Below, piece after piece: positions 24,786 through 38,164 of a DNA stretch of 64,000 nt; position 1 is the stretch's first letter; each line of letters starts with the position of its first letter. Origin of the DNA: Eledone cirrhosa (lineage: Eukaryota); NCBI GenBank assembly GCA_964016885.1, contig OZ024740.1, positions 415,028,001 through 415,092,000 on the forward strand, read 5' to 3'. The notes under the pieces were generated by a model that had not been told where the DNA came from, made no database searches, and saw only the letters and a program-made list of their open reading frames with translations. The position numbers and the translations under genes are program-made.

Positions 24786-25582
24786 ATCCCACTCAAGCCC
24801 GACACCAGAACATTCAGGGTGGACATCCTAATTTGCAAAGATTTCGTGGCGTTTTTTACACTGTATTTTCTGAATCTTAAGGTGCACCATTAAAATATGA
24901 TGGTGGGACACAGGGGCCTCGCCTTAAAAATGTGAAGGGGACAAACCAATATTTGTTGATTCTTAAAGGAGCATAAATTTCTTAAAGGAGCATAAATTGC
25001 TTATGGTGCCTTTCCTGGACCCTATCACATAAGTAAAATGTTATGCTACTTAGATTTTATATATTCAAATGAAGTTCAGATATAAAAAAAATAAGCTTAA
25101 AAAGAATTTATTATATCAAATAAACAAAAAATAGAATATAGGCGTTTGAAAAAGTGGGGCCGAGGACTTGTCCCCTGGTACCCCCCTGAAACAAGGCCCT
25201 TGGTGGGGCAGGTGGTATCACCCAGTGGCCCCTCTATATTTCCATATTAAAATAACAATTTTAAGTAATATATCTATTCGCTATCAGCAAATTACAAGTA
25301 TAGTAGAAAAATACCCAAGTCCTGAAAGAATTATTGCATCCACCAACATTGTCAACTATTCATATCGATGGTACCAATTCCACATATTCTAGAAATCAGG
25401 CAAATCATAGTTTTAGAGCTCAACAAAGTCTCATTGAAGTAGCATCATAGAAATCCATTATCTTCTCATATAAACTTCCAAATATCTTGGAAAGTCATAT
25501 CTTTGACATTACTCATCTATATCCTGTTTACAGTTCCCAATGCTAGCTCCGTCTACTCTTAACTACCACGTTACTTATGGAG

Positions 25583-25903
25583 GTACTCCGTCGGCTACGA
25601 CGGCGAGTGTTCCAGTTGATCCGATCAACGGAACAGCTTGCTCGTTAAATTAACGGGAAGGTGGCTGAGGATTCCACAGACATGCGTACCCTTGACGTAG
25701 TTCTCAGGAAGATTCAGTGTAACACAGTGTGCGACAAGGCTGGTCCTTCGAACTGCAGATACAATTCATTTTGCCAGCTGAGTGGACTGAAGCAATGTGA
25801 AATAAAGTGTCTTGCTCAAGGACACAACGCACCGCCGGGAATCGAACTCACGACCTTACGATTGTGAGATGAATACCCTAACCACAACGCCATGCGTTTT
25901 CAC
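25583..25903 (-). mobile_element. tRNA-derived SINE family B
   Basis: Minus strand: GCATGGCGTTGTGGTTAG...GAGTTCGATTCCC head, GTGTCCTTGAGCAAGACACTT core, GTCGTAGCCGACGGAGT tail; three copies in the window. Confidence 0.85.
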
Positions 25904-26545
25904 GTTACTTATCCTTACACAAAGATACAAAATGGCTTCAACAACAACAAAATAACCTCCACACACCATCATTGATATCAATGCTGCTTTCTATTCCATT
26001 CACTCTTGTCCTCACTACACACAACACATTCAACATTGCTTTAGGAAACAGCATAATATAGAAACTAGTAAACCAACTCTCAGTTCTAAAGTCAATACTT
26101 ATCTAGAATTTATAATTTCCCTAATGAAGTACCACAATAATCTTACCTTTCCACAAAACATGCAACAGCCTCATACGCAGAAGACATCACACATCCTCGC
26201 ATACCAATCCTCAGACACTGCTACTTCAACTGTACATGAATCACTTAGAAACATTTCTTCAAAATAAGTGGATTAACGTGGCAGCTATCAAATACAATGT
26301 CTTCTGTCTTCTCAGCAACATAAGAACACTTCAACAACAAACATACCAAACATGTATATATGACAAATATTCTACGAGTTACATACAACACCTCTACGAT
26401 ATTCACAAATCACATAGTAATAAAGAAAACAAAACTATGCGAAAATATACTTAAATCATTCGTGTGTAGCAATTTTGCCCAACAGGAAGAAACAATAGTA
26501 TATTTGATCTATCATGTATTGTTCTAGTCCTACCTGGTTCCAACC

Positions 26546-26721
26546 CAGTGCCGGATTTAGGACAAACGAGGACCTGTGCTACTTAAGTTATGAGCTCCCT
26601 TACTTGAAAAACATTTGAAAAATTCATTGTAAATTTTTTTTTGGCAGGAAGATGGCCCCTCCCCTGGCCAACGGGACCCCGTTTTTAAACACACCTAAGT
26701 ACAATAGTAAACCCGGCATTG
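26546..26721. mobile_element. hAT-type MITE
   Basis: TIRs CAGTGCCGGATTTA / TAAACCCGGCATTG; 8-bp TSD TTCCAACC / TCCCAACC. Confidence 0.75.
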
Positions 26722-26992
26722 TCCCAACCCCTCCATTAAAACTAACAAAAGCCACACTTACCATCATCTCTGGTGACATGCATGACAATATTTAGAGACC
26801 ATCTACTCAAATACCAAAAATGAAAAACTACCTGGACATGTGAGAGGCACAGTATATTTTACCTTCCCTGTCTCTACATATGTAATAACCACCAAAATAA
26901 CCAGACACATTTACAACACCATCCCAAAACAACCACTATCTTTTGCTCACAGTCCATCGAACACAGAATCACATACATACAAAAATGAACAA

Positions 26993-27145
26993 CAAATTTT
27001 GGGGAGGGGAAAGTCGATTAAATCGATCCCAGTGCGTGACTGGTACTTTATTTTATCAACCCTGTAAGGATGAAAAGCAAAGCTAACCTCGGCGGGATAT
27101 GAACTCAGAACGTAAAAAGCTCTACCGATACTACCAATCCACCGC
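26993..27145 (-). mobile_element. SINE family A (internally deleted)
   Basis: Reverse match to the 13023 consensus. Confidence 0.75.
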
Positions 27146-27330
27146 TCTAGCATGACAAAGTAATCTATATTATAATAAGAGCGTTGTCTATCCATCCGTC
27201 CGTCACTTCATATATAGAGGGGAAGCGCCAAGCGAGAAATATGTACATAGAAAGAGAGAGAAAAGGGAACACCGTGTGTTTTCGAAGTGACAGAAGGAGG
27301 GAGAAGACTACGTCGCTCTCATCTAGCAAT

Positions 27331-27510
27331 AATTATTTCTACTTGTGGCACAAGGCCAGCAATTATCCTAGTGCATTACTGGTACTTTATTTTATCGATC
27401 CCATAAGGATGAAAGGCAAAGTTAACCTCGGCGGGATTTGAACTCAGACCATAAAGGGGCGTAACTATGCTGGAAAGCATGGCGTCCGACGCTCTACCGA
27501 TACTGCCAAT
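27331..27510 (-). mobile_element. SINE family A
   Basis: Reverse match to the 13023 consensus. Confidence 0.85.
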
Positions 27511-27804
27511 TCATAAGAAAAGGTACACTTGAAAATTAGTCTCTGATATACAGAGCAACATGACGGTCACAGCTTGAACGCTTTTGGTTATAAGTCTCCT
27601 CGGTAAAATCAGGCGTGAGACCAAACAACAACAAGCTTACATAAATAGATCGAACAGTAAAGAGAATGTAATATTCCTAGACTGACACACTGCTTAACAG
27701 AAAGTAAATTATGGCCCTTGTTTGGTGTTTGGCTGACTACCATCAAATCATTGATCTGTTCAATTAGAACTGATATAAGGTTACACAACAATTAATTGAC
27801 TTAC

Positions 27805-27899
27805 TGGACTTGCTTGATAGGTACTTTTTTCATAACTTGTTCGAATTCTTGACGAGAAATGAGTTTATCATTATCAACATCTAACTCGCAAAAAATACG
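27805..27899 (-). CDS. Calmodulin-like EF-hand protein, exon 2 (EF2)
   Basis: Acceptor TTTTTCTACAG, donor GTAAGT; 95 nt, phase 0 in and phase 2 out. Encodes RIFCELDVDNDKLISRQEFEQVMKKVPIKQV. Absent from the ORF track. Confidence 0.9.
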
Positions 27900-28175
27900 C
27901 TGTAGAAAAATGAAAAAATACATATAAAAATTAAAAGAATTGATAGAATAAAATTCAATGGCATTAATTACAACACAGAAGACTTTGATGCTACTGTCAG
28001 ACGTGTGATTGACACTCCACCAGGTGCAGGTGACCCGAAGGAAGATGTTCTCATCCTTGGGTCACCGATCTTCCCGCCTGTCATCCATTCAACCACCTCG
28101 AAACTGTTGTGAGTAGACTGCGCCCGGATCATATCACTTAGTACGTAAAATATTACAGTATCATAACATTTACTA

Positions 28176-28917
28176 TTAAGTTGTTCCGAAAATAATGGCC
28201 GATTTCAGAAACATAATTTTATTCTGGAAAAATTAACAACAGAAATGTTTTGATTAGTTAAAGTATGAGCCGTGAACATCTATGCATCTCTGCCTATTGA
28301 CTAATCGGTCAAGAAAAAGATCATTGGTGTTTCGCAGAAAGAGCATCGAGCACACTTCAAAACGCCGATTTTCATTGAGCTCATGCGGTACCCATTTATC
28401 GAGCTTTTTCACCTCACCAATCTTCTGCAGATGGTGCGAGACCGTTGCAATACCGACACCAAGTGCCTGAGACATTTCTCTGACACTTTGAGGTGGGTTT
28501 TGTTCAACAATTGCTTTCAATTGTTCATTGTCAAGACTGCATGACTGTCCTCTACCTTCTTCATCTTCAAGGCTCTCATCACCACTACGGAATTTCTGAA
28601 ACCACCTTTGTACTCTGCGATCACTTGTGGACCCCTCTCCCCATGCTCTGTTGATATTGGCAGCTGTTTGGAATGCATTGTGCCCAAGCTTTAACTCATG
28701 CAAGAAAAGTAAGCGAAGGTCCTTTTTTGTCATGTTCATAATTAAGGGCGCCTATGCTTCAAGAATGTTTTCTGTCTGAAATAAGTAGAAAATTATTAAA
28801 GAGCATACATCAATTATTAAGTATGTCGAAATTCACCTAAAATATAATTAAGATACTATGAAAAAATTGCATTTCAAAACAACACTTAGGGCGGCCATTA
28901 TTTTCGGAACAACCTAA
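28176..28917 (-). mobile_element. Mariner element (Hsmar1/cecropia-like), internally deleted
   Basis: 26-bp TIRs TTA(A/G)GTTGTTCCGAAAATAATGGCCG with TA on both sides. ORF 28254-28739 has the HTH region, WVPHEL and the C-terminal RCIDVHGSYFN, but no DDD catalytic domain. Confidence 0.93.
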
Positions 28918-29044
28918 TAACTACAGAAGTCTGTTTCATTGAAATCTATATTAGAGGACATTGGCTGACCGTTTCCTTTTTGTGCCAGTCGCCATCAAGA
29001 ACTCCGATGTCCTCGCCAAATCGGGAGGAGAATATCTCGTTTAA

Positions 29045-29265
29045 CCCTTTAACATTTAAACCGGCCATATCCGGCTAGAATTCTCTCACCTCTTTCTGTT
29101 CAAACCGGCTATAACCAGCTGCTCATACTTTTGTTAAAGCATTGTTCTCAAAATAAATAATATCAAAATCTCATAGATTTGATATTGTGTGAGGTAATTA
29201 TGTGAAATAAAGTGTTTACTGTGAAAATACAGTAGTAAATATAGAGTAATGTAAATGCTAAAGGG
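29045..29265. mobile_element. piggyBac-type MITE
   Basis: TTAA|CCCTTTAACATTTA...TAAATGCTAAAGGG|TTAA; a further diverged copy lies at about 29972-30223. Confidence 0.75.
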
Positions 29266-29628
29266 TTAAGGAAGGAGCGCCATGGTGTGGAGATGTTCAT
29301 GCAGTATCACTGGCTGTTCTCCGTAGCAGTGCTTTCGTCATCTTGTCCCCAGGGCACAGCTGAGATGTACCGTCCAGCCAACGATCTACAGTTTGCCCTA
29401 TACCCATACTCACCTCGCTTTTAATTCATTTTATCTTTCTTTCCTCCCCACATTATTCTTTTTTCTTTCTTTCTCTTCTATAATCGTTTGTCCTTCTGCA
29501 CAAAATTCCTGACACAACACACTGTAACACATACACAACTATTGTGTGGTTGGTTCTCCGTCGGTCTCGGTGACAACTTTCAGATTACGTCTAACTAAAT
29601 TCTACCTCGTAAAATTAACACGGTTAAT

Positions 29629-29900
29629 TGGCACTCCGTCGGTTACGACGATGAGTGTTCCAGTTAATACGATCAATGGAACAGCCTGCTCATGAAATTA
29701 ACGTGCAAGTGGTTAAGCATTCCACAGATACCGTGCCCTTAACGTAGTTCTCAGGGAGCTTCAGTGTAACACAGCTGAATGGACTTGAACAACGTGAAAT
29801 AAAGTGTCTTTCTCAAGGACACAATGCGCCACTGGGAATCGAACTCATGAAGTTACGATCGTGAGCCAAATACTATAACCACAAGGCCACACTCCTTCAC
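29629..29900 (-). mobile_element. SINE family B
   Basis: Matches the 25583 copy. Confidence 0.85.
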
Positions 29901-30229
29901 ACCACGCACCTTTCATCTCTTGAAATTAACATATAATGGGCTGAATTATCCACAGAAACAACGTACTCGTAATTCTTTAGCATTTAAGTCCGGCCAGAAT
30001 TCTCTCACCTCTTTCTGTTCAAACCGGCTGTAACCGGCCACTCATACTGATGTTATGGTATCGTTCTCAAAATAAATAATATCAAATCTCAGATTTGATA
30101 TCATATGAGATAATTATGTGAGATAAAGCCTTATAATATCAACTCTCATAGATTTGATATTATATGAGATAATTATGCGAGATAAAGCCTTTACTGTGAA
30201 AATATAATAGTAAATATAGAGGGTTAATT

Positions 30230-31510
30230 CTGTTCATGCCAACCAGGCGAAAACCGGCTCCGAAACAATGAGACGAAATTGCGCATTTTAAAATATTCCT
30301 TTTTAAATGAAAATCTTCTAGCATGATTTTTATATAGGAACCATAACCTTAGTAATTAAAATAATAATTAAAATAATAACTTTGGTAAACACCTCAAAAT
30401 TCTTCATTAAAAATTTTGAGGTGTTTGCCAAACAGTCAAAGATCTTGAAATGGAAAAATAAAACATATGAGGTACAAAAGCAAAAAACTGTATCAATTAA
30501 GTATGATACAAATATGGACATAACATAAAAAACATACTTTTTACACAGAGTCCCAGGAATAGCCCACACTGTACACAACACTTTCAATTCACTAACACAT
30601 CTCGCACAGTACATTCTCTCTACACAAAACACAATACATATCCTACACAATCATCATCCAAAAAGTAACAATACAAACTTTTACGTAATTGACACCTGAT
30701 CCGACACCACCAGGGGTCTTGAAATTGAAATAGTGTATTTCATCAGAAATACGTTCGCGAAAACCTTAATACAATTCTCAACGTGACACAATGTGACAAG
30801 ACTGGATCTGTTGAATTGCACATACCATCTAGAGAGAAAAGAAAGAATAGAATCGACCCAGTGTCCTACTGGTACATAACTATACCTGCCACTTCTAATA
30901 TAAAATTGTGTTCTGTTATTTGGTATAATTTTTAAATAGTTACCATCTTTGTTTAGAGTGCTATGACTGATCTTTATGATCACATACTTGTCAAACGGAG
31001 AGTACCATGAAAATAAGTGCCCCAAAACGGAGAGAAATAAGGCAAAATGGGGAGATTTTACAAAAAAGCTATACCTGTTTTCACAAGAGAAGACATCTCT
31101 CGTTCACCCTAAAATGGATGGGAGATCTCGCCGTCGAACGGGGAGAGTTGACAGGCCTGAATTAGCAATGCTTGGAGTTGACCAACTGGGATTTCTTACA
31201 AAGGAACAAGTTCAAGACTTTGAAGAGAATCGTATATGTCGTGATATGAACCCCAATTCTTAGGGGTTTTATTTGTTTTATTGACTCCAGAATGACGCAA
31301 GGCAAAAAATCAACCATAATGGAATTTGAACACAGAATGTAACTACCACAAGAATTCAATTCCATCATTATTCAACTTATTCTACCAAAACACCTTCTAT
31401 TGAAAAGATTAGTAATATTTATAGCAGCCAAAATCTAGGCATAACTATAATTCCAAGCTTTGTTTCTATGGAAACAAGCAAAACAGTCAAACGGATGCCA
31501 TTAAAGGAAT
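30230..31510 (-). mobile_element. Possible piggyBac transposase remnant
   Basis: Cys-rich tract CRIC...YCARC...GTLC at about 30520-30650 resembles the piggyBac C-terminal domain; heavily decayed. Confidence 0.3.
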
Positions 31511-31869
31511 TGAGATAAAATTTAAGAGTGAGGAATTCTATTTTTCACTATTACAAATCTCAGCTATTTTTAATTTCAAAAGAAAAGATTTCCCCACAAC
31601 TAATCTTAGAACTCATCTAGCATAGCATTTATCTTTTTTTTAATCTATTTATCTATTTGAAGCTTATAAAAATTATGAAAACCAAGAACCTCATATGAAG
31701 ATAATTAATTGTTCACTGTTTATAAAAGAAATTTACAAGAAATGTATAAAAGAAAGAAATCTAGAATTCGTCAACGATTGCATATTTAAAAAAAAAAACG
31801 AAAAAGAAAGAAAAAAAATTAAATAGCTAAAGTAAGTAAATGGGAAGGGTGCCAGATTTTTAGGTGGTA

Positions 31870-32740
31870 TATCTCAGTTACACCCCGTGGACAACATCGC
31901 GAAGGCATTGCCATGGAGAATAGTCAGCAGTACCCACTGCACCAGCCACTATCTCACTGGGCTCCTTCCTCAGGAGGGATGCACTCCCCCACATTTTGCT
32001 GAGGAAAACAGCAGTTCGGGGATCGAGGACAACAGAGGTCTCGACAGCGACCAACAGGAAAAGGAAGCGGTCAGTCAAGTCCCGCTATTTTGCTATCTTC
32101 CTCTCCTCCGCGTTACAGGCGGTGGTGTTCGTTTTTGTGGCCGAATCGACAAGGCTGGGGGCAGAGGTGTCACAACAGGTAGAGTCCCTGATTAGGGATT
32201 TACAAACCTCGAACGGGAAGAGGGTTATCTTATCTGGGTACTTACCATCGACATAAAGGTTCACCTGCACTTCTTGTTGTCCTAGTTACGTTGGAAACCT
32301 GCATACAAGGTAAGGGCGAGGCCATCGTCAACCAAAACGGCTAGAGATGACTCGAATTCCAGGTCTACGCCTAGTCCTGACATCTTGCGAAGAACCTCGC
32401 TGATGAGGGTGCGGATGGAGATGGTGGCAGATAAGAAAGCTGACAATGTCAGGACAGATGTTGCTCGGATGCGTAGGTCAGCGAACCCCACGGAGAGTCT
32501 TGTTTTTTGTCAGCCGGCAGAGTCGAAACTAACATTACAGATGAATTCAGCGCAGTGACAGATGGTGGTATCAAGTTTGTTGAGGCGATACGTGTGATGG
32601 TAACAAGCGCCGTGTGAAGAGGAATTTGGAGATGAGCGAAAAAGCTATTCAGAAGGAAGAGTGTAGGGGTGCACATCGATGAGGTGCGATATATCCGTCA
32701 TCCTTGCCAGGTCTGCTTGTTTGGTCTCCTGGCACTCTCC
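31870..32740 (-). mobile_element. Decayed CRE-like retrotransposon fragment
   Basis: DLRIRATSVLTLSAFLSA (GLGIR...LAL.AFLAS-like) and VAVETSVVLDPRTAVFL (RLE tail). Confidence 0.55.
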
Positions 32741-33068
32741 ATCTAAATTGTTGTCACTTGCTACATGTGTGTGCAATTTTTGTTTATGAGTTGTTAAAGA
32801 ATAAATAAAGCATAGTTTTGCAGATGTTTTCTTTAATAAAGAATGTTGATGGAGCCTAATTTGAACTGGTTCTTTTGCCTGCTACCTTAGATAAATTTCC
32901 TGTGTGGCAGTGGCAATGTGGAAGGAGGAATGCTATCTTTCCTGGCATTAAGTAATGAAAAGATATGTTTCACCTGGATTAGAATTCTGTTTTATTACAA
33001 GTTTCGTTTATATACTTATAACCCAGTACTACAAGTTAACTACCAAAAATAAAACAAAAGAAAATATA

Positions 33069-33382
33069 GGCACTCCGTCGGTTACGACGACGAATGTTCC
33101 AGTCGATTCATGAAATTAACGTGCAAGTGACTGAGCATTCCATAGACACGTGTACCCTTAAAGTTCTCAGAGAGATTCAGCGTAGTACAGATGTGACAAA
33201 GGTGGCTCTTTGAATAACGAGTACAACTCATAACGAGTACAACTCATTTTTGCCAGCTGAATGAACTGGAGCAATGTGAAATAAAGTGTCTTGCTTAAGG
33301 ATACAACATACCACCGGGATTCGAACTCACGACTTTACGATCGTGAGCCGAATACTCTAACTACTAAGCCACTTGCCTTCAC
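33069..33382 (-). mobile_element. SINE family B
   Basis: Matches the 25583 copy. Confidence 0.85.
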
Positions 33383-34138
33383 TATAAACTAACTATTCAT
33401 TCCAAATTGATCACATGGTGCCCATTTCACGGCTAGATAGACTGGGTTATTGAGTTAAATGTTTTAGTTTCTAGCTGTAAAGATACACCATGGGAATAGA
33501 GGAAGTGATAGAAACCCTATTACCAATAAGTGTTTTACTTGCTTAAGGTGTTGAATTGAAATCTTCTTGAACTTGTAGAGGAATGAGCCCCGCAAAGGTG
33601 ACTCATCTTAAATACATTTAACAAAGATGCAGTCCCAGTAGCTGCTTTCTGTCAGATTGGCTCGTCTTAAATGTACTAAATGAAGATGAGGTTCATGGTG
33701 GTACATCTCGTCAGGTTAACTTACCCTACATACAGCAAATAGATATAAATTTCGTGCGCTTCATCCTGTCAGGTTAACTCGCCTTACATGTAGAAGATAA
33801 AGTATTGATGTCATGTATCCTACCAAGCTGACTCAAAATAAATAGACTAAATAAAAATAAACTTCTTGGTGGTTTATGAAACGTACTTTAGTTATAAATC
33901 TGGGTGTTCCTAAAATGTCGATGTTATGTCATTGTGACTACATCAATCACAATCATCTATACTCATTTCTCTATCAAGGCAAGCCAGTAATATTCACGGA
34001 CATTGTCTATTTTTCTGATGAACTTCTAGAAAACAATTCACGTTAAAAAGTAAGTTTTAAAACTAAAGAGATGCCCTGTTTGAATTTATGATTGTTACTA
34101 AATCAACCGGCATTAGTTCAATATTAATTTACTGTAAT

Positions 34139-34324
34139 AATTGTTCTACTTTTGGCACAAGGCCAGAAATTATCTCAGTGCATTACTGGTACTTTAATTT
34201 ATCGACCCCGTAAGGATGAAAGGCAAAGTTAACCTCGGCGGGATTTGAACTCAGATCATAAAGGGCCGTAACTCTATGCTGCAAAGCATGGTGTCTGACA
34301 CTCTATTGATACTGCCAATCCACC
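34139..34324 (-). mobile_element. SINE family A
   Basis: Reverse match to the 13023 consensus. Confidence 0.85.
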
Positions 34325-35657
34325 ATATATATATATTTAGATTGGTAACAATGTAACTGTTACGTCTAATTTTAGCTACGGTTTAACATTATCCTATAAT
34401 TAAACATGGTTAAGTAGTCGAGGCAAGCTCCACTTTCAAAGCCCCACAAACCGTTAGTAAGTAGTTATACACCAGGAAATGAAAATCTGCAAAATGCAGC
34501 ATTTAAATGCTTCTCGTCTTGTATCAAAAGCCTCATAATCCCAGTATTTTACTAAAGTGAAAATGAGGCTTCTGTAATTAACACCCAAGAGACCTCCTAT
34601 GAGATGCAGCCTCATTACAGGCTAATTCTCCGCAGGTGTGAGTTGTAACAACAACAACAGTAGTTTACTGGCGCTTTATTTTATCAACCCAGGATGAAAA
34701 GTAAAAGCAATGATTTCTAACTTAGAATAATAATTTCTAACATAGGCAAATGTTGGGCGATGAATTGGCGGAGCTGTGAAGGCGTCAGATGAAAATGTTT
34801 GGCGGTGTTCGTCCCGGCTCTCTGCACTCGTAGTTCAATCAACTTTACCTTTCATCTTGTCTGAGAAAGTAGCAGCCGATTCTTCTTCTACCCCTTCCCC
34901 CTCCCTCTCTCTCTCAGAAATTAGCTATGGTTAGACCAAGGGTTTAACCCTTTTGATACCAAACCGACCAAAACAGTTTCCGGTTTTATGAAACAAAACC
35001 ACACATTTTAAAGGGTTTCTATTTAAATTATGTGGTTGATCCGCCATGGTTTGTTTTTCAGTTGCTAATTTGAACAGGGGCACAACTCCTTCTATAAACC
35101 TGTTCTCTGCTAAATAGAGCGTGTGTGTCTATCCTTTATCAAAACAGACGATTATCTTCACAGCCACAATGTCTCTCATGCCAATAGTTTGACGTTGTCT
35201 GGCAGCTTGAACTACTGTATACTCTACTGTATACTCACAGAAAACATACAGGTTTATAAAGGTTGAATTCTTTTCGTTGTCTCCCTGATGGGGGTGGCTA
35301 GACAGGTACTATGTCTTGCCAAACGCCCGAGAAAAGAAATTCCTCAGAATGTCATAAATTTACTCATTTTCTATTTGGTGATCCAAAATTTCTGCACCGA
35401 TTTTCGCTATTTCTTATTCTATACTTTAAATCTAAAGACCAGTGTGAAAATAAATGTTATCTGTCATTTAATACTAAGACCATAAAGGAGATTTTAACTA
35501 AAGATTTATAGATTTCTACCTATCATAGCAACAGAAACTGGGCCTCTTGGTGTGAGAGCCACTGTCAAACAGTACGAGGCCGAATGGTCAAGCAGATAGC
35601 TAGGTATGGGTTCACCAACCCATACACACACACACACACACACACATACACACACAC

Positions 35658-35708
<51 letters not shown>

Positions 35709-35820
35709 TGTATAAGCACATATACACACAGAGTTCAGCCCCGCTCACCTCCACAAAAAAACCCCAGCAGGGTTAAGTGATCAATTATGTACCTATATAT
35801 AGATGAGTCTACACCTATAT

Positions 35821-36009
35821 AATTGTTTCTACTTTTGGCACAAGGCCAGCAATTACCCAGTACATTACTGGTACTTTATTTTATCGACCTCGTAAGGATG
35901 AAAGGCAAAGTTAACCTCGGCGCGATTTGAACTTAGAATGGCAAGAGGCGTAACTCTATGCGTTAAAGCATAGTGTACGACCGTCTACCGACACTGCCAA
36001 TCCACCGCC
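35821..36009 (-). mobile_element. SINE family A
   Basis: Reverse match to the 13023 consensus. Confidence 0.85.
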
Positions 36010-36861
36010 TATATAATAGTACACACATACACTCGAATGTGTCAGTCCAGTATGTGGTCGAACGACATGCTAGAAGCAGCAGTCAGATCTCCATTAAAAT
36101 ACATGTAAGCTCTAAAATAAGTGAGCTTCATTCAACTGTCAATGTGAGTTAGGTTACAACAAATACAATTGCTCAAAGTTAGTTACGATTTGCAGAACAT
36201 TGCTGGAGAAGTAAACGAGAAGATATACACAAGCTACTCTTGTAGGAACCAACTGACGGGAGACGCAGTAGAGGAAGACCTGCTCGAACATTCAACTCTC
36301 AGACGATATAAATCTTAGTAGGGAGCAGTTGCCAGGAGCAATGGAGAATCGTGAATTGTGGTGAGACTTGGTCAGGAATGTTTGACAGTGGTCACAATGA
36401 TGAATTAAAATCTTCCAACATGATTTCATATAAAAACCATATGTCAAGTTAATATGTTAGTAATGAAATAATTAATAATTTTAGTAAATCCCTCAAAATT
36501 CGTCATTAATTAATTGAAATAGAGTGTACTTCATTAGAGATAGGGTCAGGAAAAGGTTAAAATGACCCACGGTATGTCATAGGTGAGGAAGACAACACAA
36601 CAACTCTATCAAGAGTTGAGAGGCTCAGGAATGGAGGAATGAAAGATAGAGACAATGAGACAAATGTTGAGGCAAAGAACAAGTCCAAGTGACAAGACAT
36701 CGAGCTGGCAGAGTCATGAAGGCGTCGAAGAAAACAATGTCTCAGTATTTGTTACAGTTATCAGCTTGCTGAGTTCAAATCCAGCCGAGGTCAACTTTAC
36801 CTTTCATCATTTCCTGGTGAATAAATATAATTGTATAAAGAAAGTAAGAAATACAACTTAC

Positions 36862-37011
36862 CTTTGTTGCGTTGTAGTCACCACGGTAGCCGTTTTCTTT
36901 CAAAAGAAATACAACTTCACGGAAGCGAAGAGCCCCGCTCTTGTCTGTATCTGCCTTATCGAAATCAACACTGAATTTCTTCAACTGTTCAATTGTCCAT
37001 TCACTAGCCAT
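36862..37011 (-). CDS. Calmodulin-like EF-hand protein, exon 1 (EF1)
   Basis: ATG at 37011 (GTAATGG). Encodes MASEWTIEQLKKFSVDFDKADTDKSGALRFREVV...YNATK, then donor AAG|GTAAGT at phase 0. The three exons total 447 nt = 148 aa plus stop. Confidence 0.9.
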
Positions 37012-37114
37012 TACTAATAATTTTGGTATTCTTCTTACACCGATAACTACTGATCTAACACTAGTGTAGTTAGTAAGAAAATAAATTGTTTAGACAAGAC
37101 AATTTGTCTATAAG

Positions 37115-37180
37115 GTTTTGCAGTGCTGAAGAATTTGGTTATATATATATATAAATATTATATATATAGACGGACCAATG
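37115..37180 (-). promoter_or_regulatory. Putative core promoter of the EF-hand gene
   Basis: TA-rich block 37140-37167 upstream of an Inr-like TCAGCA at about 37129, with a CCAAT (plus-strand orientation) at about 37175. TA runs are common here, so this is weak. Confidence 0.3.
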
Positions 37181-37929
37181 GCACACAAGTGTGTGTGTGT
37201 GAATGTGTGTGCGTGAGTGTTCGTGTATGTGTGAGTGTGTGTTTGAATGTCTGTATATGTAAGTGCATGCGTGAGTAAGTGCTAATGCCTGTTTGTATAT
37301 GTGATTGTGTGCTGCTTACCTCGTTACTTCTCTTTCACCCTCTTTTTCTCTCACTCTCACTCTCACTCTCGCTCACCCATTCAGTCCCCTCACTCTCTCT
37401 CTCCCATTCACCCCCTCACCACCCACTCTCTCCCATTTACCCCTCACCCCCTCACTCTCCCCATTCACTCCCCTCACTCTCTCACAGTCCTCCTCCTCCT
37501 CTCTCTCTTGTTCTAGTATAGGTAACCGGTGAGTACCAACTAAAACAGTCAACTACCGCCGATCGCTGCCCTCCCCCCTCACTACTAAACTGACTAACCC
37601 TGTCAGAGAGAAGCCCACACTCTAACATAACCATGCTACCATATAAGATCAACCTTCATCTCATTCAGTCTTCTACTTCTTCGCGCTCACATATATTGTG
37701 TATATTGTATATATTGTATATATATATATATGTGTGTATACGTACATACATAATTACTATATATATATATATATATATACACGCACACACACATATATAT
37801 ATACCTATACACACACACACACACACACATATATTAGGAAAAGAGTCAGGGCCCCGACTCACTCTACTACCCTAAGTATCGAGTGCTCTTGTGCGTTATG
37901 GTCCACCTGGTATCTTACCACACTTTCTT

Positions 37930-37976
<47 letters not shown>

Positions 37977-38164
37977 CATATATATATATATAAACGTTTG
38001 GAGTTAGAAGGCCAAGACAATGCAGGTATGGATATAGAATATAAATACAAATGCAAAAGATATTGTTGACAATTAGTCTTTTACCTTAAATTTATTTGAA
38101 TATCCTAAATATATATATATAGAGAGAGAAGGGAGAGAGAAAGATTATTTTCCTTTTTCATTCA

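Noticed and set aside
23521-24880. 423-448-aa poly-L/M, N/S/I and V/A/D ORFs
   Set aside because: Microsatellite translations inside intron 2 of the EF-hand gene.
25825-25903. tRNA-like sequences with A and B boxes (also at 13023, 29830, 33310 and others)
   Set aside because: They are SINE heads continuing into conserved SINE bodies, with no complete cloverleaf.
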